Source: Chitinophagaceae bacterium (GTDB lineage: Bacteria > Bacteroidota > Bacteroidia > Chitinophagales > UBA10324). Taken from it: DNA of 64,000 bases. The notes under the pieces are model-generated. The model was given only the letters and a program-made list of their open reading frames with translations, searched no databases and was not told the DNA's origin. The DNA lies in contig CANIPU010000003.1 of NCBI GenBank assembly GCA_947469485.1, positions 132,870-196,869 on the forward strand, in the 5' to 3' direction. Position 1 is the stretch's first letter. Each line of letters opens with the position of its first letter. This document shows, one piece after another, positions 1-9,667 of the stretch. A program made the translations under genes and the position numbers.

Positions 1-1388
1 GTTTTTTTCAGAAGAAGATAAGTAGCAAAGCATTGCGATATTAATACGGTAGTATATGCATCAGATTTAAAAAACAGACACTTTCTTACAACTGTGCCAC
101 CGGAAAAAAACACGCCTCCGGTCCAATAACATTCTTGCCCGGAATCAATTTTGTTTTGCAATAAATATCCGATAGCCGATTCAATCATTTTTATTGTTTT
201 GTATTCATTAAACTTTCCGGCATTTAACAATGCGGATAATGCAAAGGCAGTTGATTGAATTTTGTCTTTTCGATTAATAATTTTTTTACTTTCAAAAGAC
301 CCATCAAGTTGTTGTTTGTTTTTTAAATCAACAATTAATGAATCTACACAAGGCCTAAGCTTAATTGCACCTGATTTGTACGCATTGGTAACAGCATAAT
401 GTAAATGATACCTGTTCGGATAATAAATCGCAGCGCTATTAAATTTCTTTCTTTTTATTTTATGATTGATAAATGAAATGGCATGTATATAATTTGCTGA
501 ATCTTTAAGTTCATTATTCTCACCCAGGAAAGAAAGAATATTTGCGTTGACTATCGCATCAACATCGTTTGTTCCATATGGCATGTATGGCTCATACGCT
601 TTAGGGAAGCATTCGCTTATTGGTAAAAAGAAAATGCAGTTCTGTAAAAAGGTGGTGACTATTGATTTAGGCCATAGTCGGTGTTCTTTTCCAATCCATG
701 TTAGATAGGCACCGGAATTTTTTTTATCAGCACGGTTGTGATTATACCAATGAAAGTTTTTTCTGTCTGCATCGCGATAATTATTTACAATTGGAAGTAA
801 GGCAAGCGTATCAGCTGAGTAAATTATTTTATTGTGAAGCAATAGCGCCATGAAACCTTCAGCGGTATCATCTGCATCATCCATCACATTTGCAGCCTTT
901 TTTATATATCTGTTTTTAAGATTAAATGTTGTGGGCCTACGAACAGGTGGTCGAATTCCATCTTTGTTTTTTTTAGAAAGATTGGATGGAAGCCAATGCC
1001 AGAAATTAAATGTCAAACTATCACGGAATACCATTGTTGCATTATATGCACGATTGATGGTTGGATATAAAAAAGAATATTCATTCCTGTCGGTTAAATA
1101 AATACTCGCAAGGCAATTATGTGTCGCAGCAGTTGTAAAGCAATTCTGGTCTTCGTAATCTTTTGGTTTTCCCAATAGAGGAAACGGAAGCGTTAACCCC
1201 ATTGTGCTTTTCCACTCCCCGGCGAAACGATTATTCTTCGTTTCAGTGTACTGATGATTGATAAGGTAACAGAGAGATTTGTCTATAACAGATTTAACCG
1301 AATCGATATTAATGGTTTGAGCATAACCCAAATGAAGAAAGAAAAGAAAACAGATAATGAATAAGAATATGTTTTTTCGAAAACTCAC
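1..1388 (-). CDS. Secreted hypothetical protein, possibly alpha/alpha-toroid (class II terpene cyclase / prenyltransferase-like); partial, runs off left edge
   Basis: Absent from the ORF track because no stop lies in the window. My reverse-complement translation from GTG at 1388 reads VSFRKNIFLFIICFLFFLHLGYAQTINIDS... and appears open to base 1. It has a signal-like N-terminus. It contains VMDDADDTAEG (DxDDTA, coded at 861-881) and QQLDGSFES. Confidence 0.5.
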   Translation of the reverse strand, partial: MSFRKNIFLFIICFLFFLHLGYAQTINIDSVKSVIDKSLCYLINHQYTETKNNRFAGEWKSTMGLTLPFPLLGKPKDYEDQNCFTTAATHNCLASIYLTDRNEYSFLYPTINRAYNATMVFRDSLTFNFWHWLPSNLSKKNKDGIRPPVRRPTTFNLKNRYIKKAANVMDDADDTAEGFMALLLHNKIIYSADTLALLPIVNNYRDADRKNFHWYNHNRADKKNSGAYLTWIGKEHRLWPKSIVTTFLQNCIFFLPISECFPKAYEPYMPYGTNDVDAIVNANILSFLGENNELKDSANYIHAISFINHKIKRKKFNSAAIYYPNRYHLHYAVTNAYKSGAIKLRPCVDSLIVDLKNKQQLDGSFESKKIINRKDKIQSTAFALSALLNAGKFNEYKTIKMIESAIGYLLQNKIDSGQECYWTGGVFFSGGTVVRKCLFFKSDAYTTVLISQCFATYLLLKK

Positions 1389-1439
1389 AACCGCAAAATT
1401 GAATTTGACAGGATAAAAATAACCTCTATGTTCAATGTG

Positions 1440-1928
1440 TTATTCAATTCTTCTTTCGCGATGCATCAAAGGAAGGGATTCATGATTTGCTATGCTTTCT
1501 GAAAGCAGCGCTCCTTCTTTACTGAAATTCCATGTAAACAGAGTTTTTATCGGATAGTCTTTTCGAATTTTAAATATTGCATCAAGAGCAGCTTTTTTTG
1601 CAAGCCCCTTTTTTCTGAACTCAGGCAGAACTAAAGCGGAACACAAATACAATGCATCGTATTTTATATTCAACGGAGTTTTATTCAGCAGTTCGCTTTC
1701 CGAAATTTTTTCTTCAATAAATTCATTCATTAACGAGATGTTTGTTGGAATCAGCAAAATCCAAACCACCGGGCCATCACCCTCATTGTATTCCGAAAGA
1801 GTTGCAGGATGTATCTGTTCCAATAGTTTAATTGATTCTTCTGTAACATTAAGCTGATCAGGATCATTATGAGCTGCGAATGTTTCTGAAGCAAGACTTA
1901 CCATTCTGTCAAAGTTTGACTCTTTCAT
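1440..1928 (-). CDS. GNAT-family N-acetyltransferase (probable)
   Basis: 162 aa. LPEFRKKGLAKKAALDAI matches the GNAT motif A (R/Q-x-x-G-x-A/G) acetyl-CoA loop. Confidence 0.55.
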   Translation of the reverse strand: MKESNFDRMVSLASETFAAHNDPDQLNVTEESIKLLEQIHPATLSEYNEGDGPVVWILLIPTNISLMNEFIEEKISESELLNKTPLNIKYDALYLCSALVLPEFRKKGLAKKAALDAIFKIRKDYPIKTLFTWNFSKEGALLSESIANHESLPLMHRERRIE

Positions 1929-1959
1929 TTGAGAAAAGGTGGGTTTATTGGCGGAAGGG

Positions 1960-3171
1960 TTAATTCTTAACTGAAAGCGAGTTTAAAATGTTGGTTGCTG
2001 CATAATATGCGGTGGAAAAACAGCCCTGTAATAAGTATCCACCGGTTGGCGCATCCCAATCCAGCATTTCTCCAACTATATATATTGATGGAAATTTTTT
2101 AAGAGAAAAATTATCATTCATTTCATCTAAAGCAATCCCTCCAACGGTTGAAATGGATTCTTCAATTGGCCGCAATGAAGAAATGGGAATGGATAAATTT
2201 TTTATGGAAGAAATAAATGATTCAGGCTGTATAAAAAGTCCTTTCGAAGTGAATTGTTTTATTAATGCCAATTGAACTTCATTCAGATTGAAAACTGTTT
2301 TATAATTTTTTGTCGGAACAGTTAATCCGGAAATTTTATTTTTCAACTGAACATTTGAATTGGTTGGCTTGAAATCAATGTGAATGATAGGCGCCACATT
2401 TTTCGAAATCATTTTTCTGACCTCAGCAATTATTGGATACACCGCATTTCCCTCCAACCCATAATGAGTAATTAATGCTTCACCCTTAATTGTAAAATCA
2501 TTTATTGAAATTGAAATGTTTTTAAGTGGCGCACCTGCATATTTTGATTTGAAATCTTCGGTCCATTCAATATTTACCCCACAGTTTGAGGATTGAAATG
2601 AAATTGTTTTGATTCCAATTTTTTCAAATTCAGTTCGCCACATCTCATTCGAACCTGTAATTGACCATGAGGCTCCACCTAATGCAAAAATGTAATAGTC
2701 CGCGATTGGTACTATTTCATTTTCCTGGTATTTAAAAACAGGTCGGTTTTCAGAATTGAAGGAAATAAATTCATGATCAAAATGAAACTGAACATTTTGC
2801 ATAATTAGTTTCTCTTTGATTTTTTGAAGGACCTCGATTGGCTTAATTCCTATTTCTGGAAAGACCCTTCCGCTTGAACCAATATAAGTTGGAATACCCA
2901 TTTGCAACAACCAGCTTCGCGTTGCATCGGAATCAAAAGCCGAAATTGCATTACTAAAAAATCTGGCTGGCGTAAATTTATTTATTAATGCATTACCGGT
3001 CGCGCTGTTCGTAATATTAAACCCACCATTGCCCGCAACTAAAAATTTCCGCCCGACAGTTTTTCCTTTTTCAAAAATTTCTACACTACAAAAAGGGCTT
3101 AATATATCAGCGGCCATTAAACCTGCCGCGCCACCACCAATAATGATTATTTTTTTTCGACTGATAAAAAT
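1960..3171 (-). CDS. BaiN/HI0933-like NAD(P)/FAD-dependent oxidoreductase (flavoprotein)
   Basis: The ORF-track protein (385 aa from ATG 3117) has family-typical strings (VAGNGGFNITNS, GGASWS, VGEMLDWDAPTGGYLLQ). The in-frame upstream sequence reads ISRKKIIIIGGGAAGLMAAD, which is the GxGxxG FAD-binding motif. The real start must therefore lie upstream of 3117 at a non-ATG/GTG/TTG codon (ATC 3165, ATT 3171 or 3180, or CTG). The 5' end is uncertain. Confidence 0.7.
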   Translation of the reverse strand: MFISRKKIIIIGGGAAGLMAADILSPFCSVEIFEKGKTVGRKFLVAGNGGFNITNSATGNALINKFTPARFFSNAISAFDSDATRSWLLQMGIPTYIGSSGRVFPEIGIKPIEVLQKIKEKLIMQNVQFHFDHEFISFNSENRPVFKYQENEIVPIADYYIFALGGASWSITGSNEMWRTEFEKIGIKTISFQSSNCGVNIEWTEDFKSKYAGAPLKNISISINDFTIKGEALITHYGLEGNAVYPIIAEVRKMISKNVAPIIHIDFKPTNSNVQLKNKISGLTVPTKNYKTVFNLNEVQLALIKQFTSKGLFIQPESFISSIKNLSIPISSLRPIEESISTVGGIALDEMNDNFSLKKFPSIYIVGEMLDWDAPTGGYLLQGCFSTAYYAATNILNSLSVKN

Positions 3172-3284
3172 GAATTCAATAAGGTAAACATAAAAATTAA
3201 ACAGAAAACTATTGCCCGCTTCTGTGAATTAAGTGAACAGAATGAAAGGAATTCGCTTAAATCAATTCAGTGTTATTCAGAGGC

Positions 3285-3292
3285 TATATTTG
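3285..3292 (+). promoter_or_regulatory. Bacteroidota-type -7 promoter box (TATATTTG = TAnnTTTG)
   Basis: Exact TAnnTTTG match 22 nt upstream of ATG 3314, whose product starts with a clean signal peptide. The box lies inside the longer ORF-track extension, which argues for the 3314 start. Confidence 0.4.
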
Positions 3293-3313
3293 GCGCTCAT
3301 TTTATATAGACAT

Positions 3314-5938
3314 ATGAAGGGGTTAATTACTTTTTTTTTAGTTCTGATTATTTCCATATCAGCATATGCTCAATTTCCAAAGGGGGGATTTGGCGGAAAG
3401 CAAATGAATGTGGGGCACTTCTACGGCAGAGTAATTGATGCCGCAACAAAAAAAGGAATTGAGTTTACTACAGTTCAGTTAACACAAAACAAAATTGACT
3501 CAAGTACAAACCAGCCAATTGATGTAGTAGTTGCGGGTCAACTAACTAAAACAAATGGAGATTTCAGCCTGGAAAATCTATCTGTAATGGGTGAATACAA
3601 ATTACAAGTTACAGCAATGGGATATGGTTTATATGAGAAGAAAATTTCATTCAATATAAAATTTGGCCAGGGAGGCATGCAACAAATGTTAAATGCAGTT
3701 GATAAAGACCTTGGAAATATTTCTTTAAATATAACAGCGGTTAATCTCAATGAAGTAGTTGTTACAAATGAAACAGGCGTGTTTGAGATGAAAATTGATA
3801 AAAAGGTTTACAATGTAGGAAAAGACGCTTCAAATGCCGGAGGAACAGCTGAGGATGTTTTAAAAAAAGTGCCTTCTGTTAATGTTGATATTGATGGTAA
3901 TGTTACTATGCGCAATGCCGCCCCTCAGATAATGGTTGATGGAAGGCCCTCTACTTTATCTGTGGATCAGATACCGGCTGATGCAATTGAAACAATTGAA
4001 GTCATTTCAAATCCATCAGCTAAATATGATGCAAGCGGTGGCGGCAGTGGTATTCTGAATATTGTTTTAAAAAAAAATCGTAAACCAGGCTATAACGGAA
4101 ATATTCGCGCAGGAATTGATTCGCGATTAAAATTTAATTCAGGTGGTGAGATAAACAACAGACAAGGGAAAGTCAATATGTTTTTAAGTGGAATGTTTAA
4201 TCAGCGTAAGTCTATTGTAAACAGCGAAACAGACCGCTCCTACAATTTGTTAATTCCGCAAATTGATTTATTTCAAACAGACACCTCTGTTACCAAGGGA
4301 TTTATGGGGTTTGGCCGTGGCGGTTTTGACTGGTTCATTAATAACAGAAATACATTAACTGTGTTTGGGATGTTTAACAGAGGTTCATTTAATCCAACCG
4401 GTGAATTGTTTTCAAAAACAGATACCGTTTATTCTGATTCGGTTGTAACCACCTCGTCGTATCGAAAAACTAATTCTTCTCGCGACTTTCAAAATATTGG
4501 TACCGGCATTTCTTTCAAACACATATATCCTAAAGATGGAAAATACTGGTCGGGAGACATAAATTTTAATAAAAGTAAATCAGCTAATGGCGGAGATTAT
4601 AAAACCCAATATTTTGGTTCTGATGGAAGCACTTTAGGAAATCTGGTTCAACAAAAAGTTGAAGGAGAAGGTGATGTGCAGTTTATAACTGCTCAAACTG
4701 ATTTTGTAAATCCAGTAACGGAAAAAATAAAAATTGAAACAGGATTACGAGGTGCGTTAAGACAATATAATAGTTCATCAACTAATAAAATATATAATTA
4801 TGATAGTAGTGAATATCAAATAATACCATCAGATATTAGTGATTATAAATACACAGATCAGGTTTATGCAGGCTATTTCACTTTTACCAATCAAATAAAT
4901 AAATTCGGCTATCAGATCGGGTTAAGAGCCGAAAGTTCTTTTTATACCGGGAAAATTTTAAGTAATGATTCAACTTTTACAAACTCATATCCGGTGAGTT
5001 TGTTTCCAAGCGGTTTTATGAGCTATAAAATAAATGATGACAATAGTTTTCAATTTAATTATTCAAGAAAAATTAATCGACCAACTTTTTTTCAGTTGTT
5101 GCCTTATACAGATTACACCGACTCGCTGAATCTTTCGCGAGGTAATCCTGATTTGAAGCCAGAGTTTGTTAATGCACTTGAAGCGAACTATCAAAAAATA
5201 TTTGATAGAAAAAACAACTTACTTATTTCAGTTTACTATAAAAACACAAATGGAATCATTACCAACTATCAGGTGCAGGAATTTGATTCTGTTTTAAACA
5301 GGGGCGCAATTATTTCAACTTATGCAAATGCAAGTTCAAGTTATGCATATGGTGCTGAACTAACTACTCAAAACGCTGTAACGAAATGGTTTGATCTGTC
5401 AATGAATATAAATGCTTATAATTCATATATCAACGGATCAAATCTTGTTGAAAATTTAACTAACCAGCAATTCAGCTGGTTTGCTAAAGCAAGCACGACT
5501 TTTAAAATTCCAAAGAATTTTACACTCCAGGCATCAGGCGATTACCGTTCGAAAACAGCATTGCAGGTTGGCGGAAACACGCAGAGCCGTTTTGGTGGAA
5601 GTGGAATGGGTATGGGTGGCGGAGGTGGAAATTACATGGGCGGAACAACCACCACAGCTCAAGGATATACCAAACCGAATTATGGAATTGATGCCTCAGT
5701 TAAATATGAATTTATGAAAAATAAGGCAGCATCAATTTCATTAAGCGTTTCCGATATTTTTAAAACAAGAAAAAATATAAATTATTCCTCATCTGAATTT
5801 TTTACTCAAACTGTCGATCGAAGAAAAGATGCCCGGGTTTTCAAGCTTAATTTCAATTATCGTTTTGGAAAATTTGATGTTTCATTATTCAAACGCAAGA
5901 ACATGAACATGGATATGCCTGATGTTCCAATTCAATAA
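3314..5938 (+). CDS. TonB-dependent outer-membrane receptor with N-terminal carboxypeptidase-regulatory-like domain
   Basis: Signal peptide MKGLITFFLVLIISISAYAQ. GRVIDAATKKGIEFTTVQL matches a CarboxypepD_reg-like domain. Plug region strings are DVLKKVPSVNVD...IETIEVISNPSAKYDASG. A long beta-barrel region ends in NFNYRFGKF-type C-terminal strands. Confidence 0.85.
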   Translation: MKGLITFFLVLIISISAYAQFPKGGFGGKQMNVGHFYGRVIDAATKKGIEFTTVQLTQNKIDSSTNQPIDVVVAGQLTKTNGDFSLENLSVMGEYKLQVTAMGYGLYEKKISFNIKFGQGGMQQMLNAVDKDLGNISLNITAVNLNEVVVTNETGVFEMKIDKKVYNVGKDASNAGGTAEDVLKKVPSVNVDIDGNVTMRNAAPQIMVDGRPSTLSVDQIPADAIETIEVISNPSAKYDASGGGSGILNIVLKKNRKPGYNGNIRAGIDSRLKFNSGGEINNRQGKVNMFLSGMFNQRKSIVNSETDRSYNLLIPQIDLFQTDTSVTKGFMGFGRGGFDWFINNRNTLTVFGMFNRGSFNPTGELFSKTDTVYSDSVVTTSSYRKTNSSRDFQNIGTGISFKHIYPKDGKYWSGDINFNKSKSANGGDYKTQYFGSDGSTLGNLVQQKVEGEGDVQFITAQTDFVNPVTEKIKIETGLRGALRQYNSSSTNKIYNYDSSEYQIIPSDISDYKYTDQVYAGYFTFTNQINKFGYQIGLRAESSFYTGKILSNDSTFTNSYPVSLFPSGFMSYKINDDNSFQFNYSRKINRPTFFQLLPYTDYTDSLNLSRGNPDLKPEFVNALEANYQKIFDRKNNLLISVYYKNTNGIITNYQVQEFDSVLNRGAIISTYANASSSYAYGAELTTQNAVTKWFDLSMNINAYNSYINGSNLVENLTNQQFSWFAKASTTFKIPKNFTLQASGDYRSKTALQVGGNTQSRFGGSGMGMGGGGGNYMGGTTTTAQGYTKPNYGIDASVKYEFMKNKAASISLSVSDIFKTRKNINYSSSEFFTQTVDRRKDARVFKLNFNYRFGKFDVSLFKRKNMNMDMPDVPIQ

Positions 5939-5946
5939 TTAATAGT

Positions 5947-6630
5947 TTGCATCACTTGGAAAATATCAGCACACTAAAAAAAATACTCAGTCATTTTTAT
6001 GATATTAAACTTGAACAAATAAGTTCAGCTGAAAATTCTTCCCTCGAAGTATTTCTGTCAAGAGGGCGAATTAAACTTGCAGCTCCCAACGCAGTTTATT
6101 CTTATGAAGATCTTTACACTTCATTTCGATCAGCTTTTACAGCGCTTAAAATTGAAAACAGAAAAATCAATAATGTGCTTGTGCTTGGATTCGGACTTGG
6201 CTCCATTCCGATTCTTATCGATAAGTTTTATATAAAAGAGGTCAACTATACCGGAATCGAGATAGACGAAAGCATTATTTCATTGGCCTACAAATACAAT
6301 CCCATTTTAAATAACATAAAAAACAAAGTGCTAAAAGCGGATGCAATCGACTATGTTAAAAATTGTAATGAAAAATTTGATTTGATTGCAGTTGATTTAT
6401 TTATAGATAACAAAGTTCCCGAAAAATTTGAAACCCATGAATTTTGTCAAGGGTTAAAAACTATGCTTGCCCCTTCCGGTTTATTGTTGTTCAGTCAACT
6501 TTCTTCAACCGCCGAGTCAGAGCAGCACGCAAAAAAATTTATAAATGAAATTTTCAAATCAGTATTTCCCGATTCTGATTTCATTCAAACCACAGGAAAT
6601 TTAATAGTGCACAATCAAAATAAAGTATAA
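5947..6630 (+). CDS. Spermidine-synthase-like / class I SAM-dependent methyltransferase-fold protein
   Basis: VLVLGFGLGSIP (glycine-rich loop), YTGIEIDESII and DLIAVDLF are motifs typical of the spermidine synthase-like fold. TTG start as in the ORF track. Confidence 0.5.
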   Translation: MHHLENISTLKKILSHFYDIKLEQISSAENSSLEVFLSRGRIKLAAPNAVYSYEDLYTSFRSAFTALKIENRKINNVLVLGFGLGSIPILIDKFYIKEVNYTGIEIDESIISLAYKYNPILNNIKNKVLKADAIDYVKNCNEKFDLIAVDLFIDNKVPEKFETHEFCQGLKTMLAPSGLLLFSQLSSTAESEQHAKKFINEIFKSVFPDSDFIQTTGNLIVHNQNKV

Positions 6631-6725
6631 TTAATAAAACAGCCGGTAGTTTTTTATCAAAATATTTCAGTTCCTTTTAAATAGATAATTACAGAACCTT
6701 CAGTGCTTTAAGCGTTATTTGTTTT

Positions 6726-7955
6726 ATGAAGTTAAAATTATTTTTAATAGCTACATTGTTTTTATGCAAGGTTTCTATTGCTCAGGATACTTTGCATTTT
6801 ATGAGTTACAATTTGCTGAATTATTATGGCAGTGCACAGGATTCGGCAACCCGCAACCCGTATTTCCGAACTTCAATGGCGGCAACTCATCCTGATATTG
6901 TTGCAACCGTGGAAATTGCTACAGAAAGCAGTTCACTGGGATTTTTAAATGGTGTTTTAAAAAAAGTAGATACAGCTTATCACATCGCCCCATTTTTACC
7001 GGGACCCGATACAAACAGCTCCCTTTATTTTTTATCGAACAAGTACAGCTGCAACAGTAATTCTGCCATTCATACAGCGCTCCGAGATATCAATCATTAC
7101 ACCGTTGTGCAGTTACAAACCAACGACACGGTTCATGTTTTTGTGGTGCACCTGAAAGCAAGTTCAGGAACAGCGGAAGAAGCAAACCGTTTAGCCGAAG
7201 TGAACGAACTTCGATTGGTAACAGATGCATTACCAGTCGGCTCTTCGTTTATTATTTGCGGAGATTTTAATTTTTATAGTTCAACCGAATCAGGGTATGA
7301 AAGATTGAAGGAAAACACCGGAACAAATGAAGGATATGTTATTGACCCGATTGTTATGAACGGAACATGGAACAATTCCGGCTTTGCACAATACCACACT
7401 CAATCACCACGCACGCGAAGTTTTGGAGGTGGAATTACCGGCGGATTAGATGATCGTTTTGATTTGATTTTGTTTTCGAGCAGCATTAATACGAATGGCC
7501 CGTTACGCTATGTTCCGAACAGCACTATTGCTTATGGTAACGATGGTAATCATTTTAACGATTCAATCAACCACCAACCGAACACCGCCGTTTCATTTGC
7601 GGTTGCTAATGCGCTGCATTATGGTGCCGACCATTTGCCGGTGACTGCAAAATTTGTGTTTGTAAATGGATGGGCAACTGGAGCGGGGAATGAATTTGAT
7701 AATTCAGACCAGCGATTTAAGATTTACCCAAATCCTGCGAGAATGCAGTTTATAGTTTACAGAAGTCAGCTGTCAGAATGTTGCTCGTTAACAGAATCTA
7801 CAATTATGATTTATGATTTGGTCGGGAGAGAAATTTTAACCGAACAATTCATAGAGAAAAAAACCATTTCACTTAAAAATATTTCTGCCGGTATTTATTT
7901 CATGCAGGTTAGTGATGGAGAAAAAACTCAAACTGAAAAATTAGTGGTGGAATAA
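6726..7955 (+). CDS. Endonuclease/exonuclease/phosphatase (EEP) family protein with T9SS C-terminal sorting domain
   Basis: Signal peptide. EEP motifs are FMSYNLLNY, VHLKAS, IICGDFNF and ADHLPV. The C-terminus KIYPNPA...GIYFMQV...KLVVE is a type-A T9SS CTD. Confidence 0.75.
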   Translation: MKLKLFLIATLFLCKVSIAQDTLHFMSYNLLNYYGSAQDSATRNPYFRTSMAATHPDIVATVEIATESSSLGFLNGVLKKVDTAYHIAPFLPGPDTNSSLYFLSNKYSCNSNSAIHTALRDINHYTVVQLQTNDTVHVFVVHLKASSGTAEEANRLAEVNELRLVTDALPVGSSFIICGDFNFYSSTESGYERLKENTGTNEGYVIDPIVMNGTWNNSGFAQYHTQSPRTRSFGGGITGGLDDRFDLILFSSSINTNGPLRYVPNSTIAYGNDGNHFNDSINHQPNTAVSFAVANALHYGADHLPVTAKFVFVNGWATGAGNEFDNSDQRFKIYPNPARMQFIVYRSQLSECCSLTESTIMIYDLVGREILTEQFIEKKTISLKNISAGIYFMQVSDGEKTQTEKLVVE

Positions 7956-8012
7956 TAATTTCCGTTCAAAATAAATTTCGTTTTTAATCGTCGTACTAAT
8001 AAAGCGGAATTA

Positions 8013-8456
8013 ATGAAACGGATAATTCTTTTAATGCTTTTAACAGCGCCTTTATTTCTGTTTGCCAACAACAATCAATCTGCAACAGGAAGATTAAAAA
8101 TTGTGGTTTCGGGGTTTAATTCTGATGAGGGTTTAGCGAGAGCTGGAATTTATTTTAATAAAGCCGGAAAGAAAATTAGCCAGGAGTTGCCTGCAGGTTA
8201 CAATATGGTTGCTGAGATTCAAAACCACACCGCTTTATTTGTGTTGAACCAACTGCATCAAGGGAAATATGCAATTTCGGTTATGCATGATTCAAACAAC
8301 AATCGCAATTTGGATTTTAACTGGATGGGATTATCCAACAGAACAACTTGGATCTCAAACAATCCAACCATTTTATTTGGTTCGCCGGTATTTGAAGAGT
8401 GTCAGGTTAGTGTGAAAGAAGGCGAAGAAACCGTTGTAAATATTTCATTGAAGTAA
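8013..8456 (+). CDS. DUF2141-like secreted protein
   Basis: Signal peptide plus HDSNNNRNLDFNWMGLSNRTTWISNN, resembling the DUF2141 HDxNxNxKLDxNxxGxPxExxGFSNN signature. Confidence 0.55.
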   Translation: MKRIILLMLLTAPLFLFANNNQSATGRLKIVVSGFNSDEGLARAGIYFNKAGKKISQELPAGYNMVAEIQNHTALFVLNQLHQGKYAISVMHDSNNNRNLDFNWMGLSNRTTWISNNPTILFGSPVFEECQVSVKEGEETVVNISLK

Positions 8457-8497
8457 TACCGACTCTAAAAGTACTTATTAAATGTAAGAGTGAATTA

Positions 8498-9586
8498 TTA
8501 AAATCTTCTCCGGATAATTTTTTCCAGAAACCACATCACCAAAAAATATACAATCACAATTACAGGGTAAAAAATAAAATTCAGAAACACATAACCATGA
8601 TACCGTCCCGCCTCGGCGCCAATTTGGCTATCAATTATTCCAAATGAATTCATATAGAAAAGAAGTGTAAGAAAAGGAATAATCAAACTGCCTACAATCA
8701 GTGTCCACGATAATTTTCTATGTAAATTATTTTTTCTGAATTTATAAATGAAAAACAAGTGAACCAGTCCAATCAGAAAAATAAAAGTATATGCAAGGTT
8801 ATCCGGACCAATCTGAATTAAATTATTTGCCAATGAACTGACTTCGGGTACAAAATTGATTTGAAAATAATTTGCCGGAATATTTTCAAAGCTCCATGTG
8901 GCAACAGAATCAAGTTTGCCTGATGATGGTTGATTGAAATTGGTGGTAATTGATTGTTGAAAATGCGATGCATCAACCACCACTTCCAATGAACCAAACG
9001 ACTTCCAGAATTTTGCTGGCGATAACGAGTAACGAAAACCATATTCCTTTATCCAGCCAGAAACATCAGTCCAAACAGTTGCTTCATACTCTACTCTTAT
9101 AGTGTGTTTGCCTTTTGACAGATGGGATTCAAAATATTTTAAGTTGTTGAGCTGATAAACGAACCCTTGATTTTCGCTCCAGTAAATAGTTACTGTTTCT
9201 GATTGTTCGTATTGAGATGGTGGAGAAAATATATTTGTGAAATTAGAAAACGGTGAATTTGCAGCTGCGAGATATTGCGCGGGTATATCGGAAACAATTA
9301 CTTCGCTATCATCCACCCAAACTTTAAAATCTCCTTTGTAGTCCATTGCAAAAAACAATAACGGAATCTGATTGCCTTCAGATTCTGTATTAATAAAATA
9401 TTCAATTTTATAAAATGCTGTTTTAAAACTCCTGTCAATTGTTACATGAATTTTTTCTTTCAGAATATCAATATCTTTGCTTGAAAATGCTGAGCTCGAA
9501 AAGGTTCCCTGAGAAACAGGAGAAGCCATATTTGCAAAACATAAATTTGTAATCAATAACTGCCCGCATAGCAATAACCGTTTCAT
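8498..9586 (-). CDS. Hypothetical membrane protein (signal peptide, large extracytoplasmic domain, C-terminal multi-TM region)
   Basis: Long ORF. The likely start is MKRLLLCGQ at 9586. There are three or more hydrophobic helices in the last ~110 aa. No family was recognised. Confidence 0.5.
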   Translation of the reverse strand: MKRLLLCGQLLITNLCFANMASPVSQGTFSSSAFSSKDIDILKEKIHVTIDRSFKTAFYKIEYFINTESEGNQIPLLFFAMDYKGDFKVWVDDSEVIVSDIPAQYLAAANSPFSNFTNIFSPPSQYEQSETVTIYWSENQGFVYQLNNLKYFESHLSKGKHTIRVEYEATVWTDVSGWIKEYGFRYSLSPAKFWKSFGSLEVVVDASHFQQSITTNFNQPSSGKLDSVATWSFENIPANYFQINFVPEVSSLANNLIQIGPDNLAYTFIFLIGLVHLFFIYKFRKNNLHRKLSWTLIVGSLIIPFLTLLFYMNSFGIIDSQIGAEAGRYHGYVFLNFIFYPVIVIVYFLVMWFLEKIIRRRF

Positions 9587-9667
9587 TTTAATTTCTGAAG
9601 ACATTCAAGATAAAATGAGAATTAAGAAAACAGCGGAAAGAAAAGTCAGTTCGTGATACACGATAAT

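Noticed and set aside
850-1101. Short ORFs lying antisense to or nested within long, well-supported genes. Examples: 850-1101, 2012-2275, 3538-3750, 5481-5717, 8818-9042, 11641-11931, 13236-13484, the 14377-16910 set, the 17124-17959 set, 19546-20195, 21558-21931, 22535-22732, 22989-23677, 24125-24319, the 25101-26975 set, 28893-29120, the 32026-34136 set, the 42301-44246 set, 46273-47265, 48345-48566, 49283-49528, 53014-54423, 57500-57820, 58567-59478, the 59869-62248 set and the 62881-63815 set.
   Set aside because: Each overlaps a longer ORF on the other strand or frame that has recognisable family motifs. Their translations are low-complexity or have compositions typical of antisense reading of AT-rich coding DNA.
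5590-5660. Glycine-rich tract (GGSGMGMGGGGGNYMGG) in the TonB-dependent receptor and the overlapping 78-aa ORF.
   Set aside because: This is most simply an extracellular loop insertion in the barrel. The overlapping ORF is an out-of-frame artefact of the GC-rich glycine codons.
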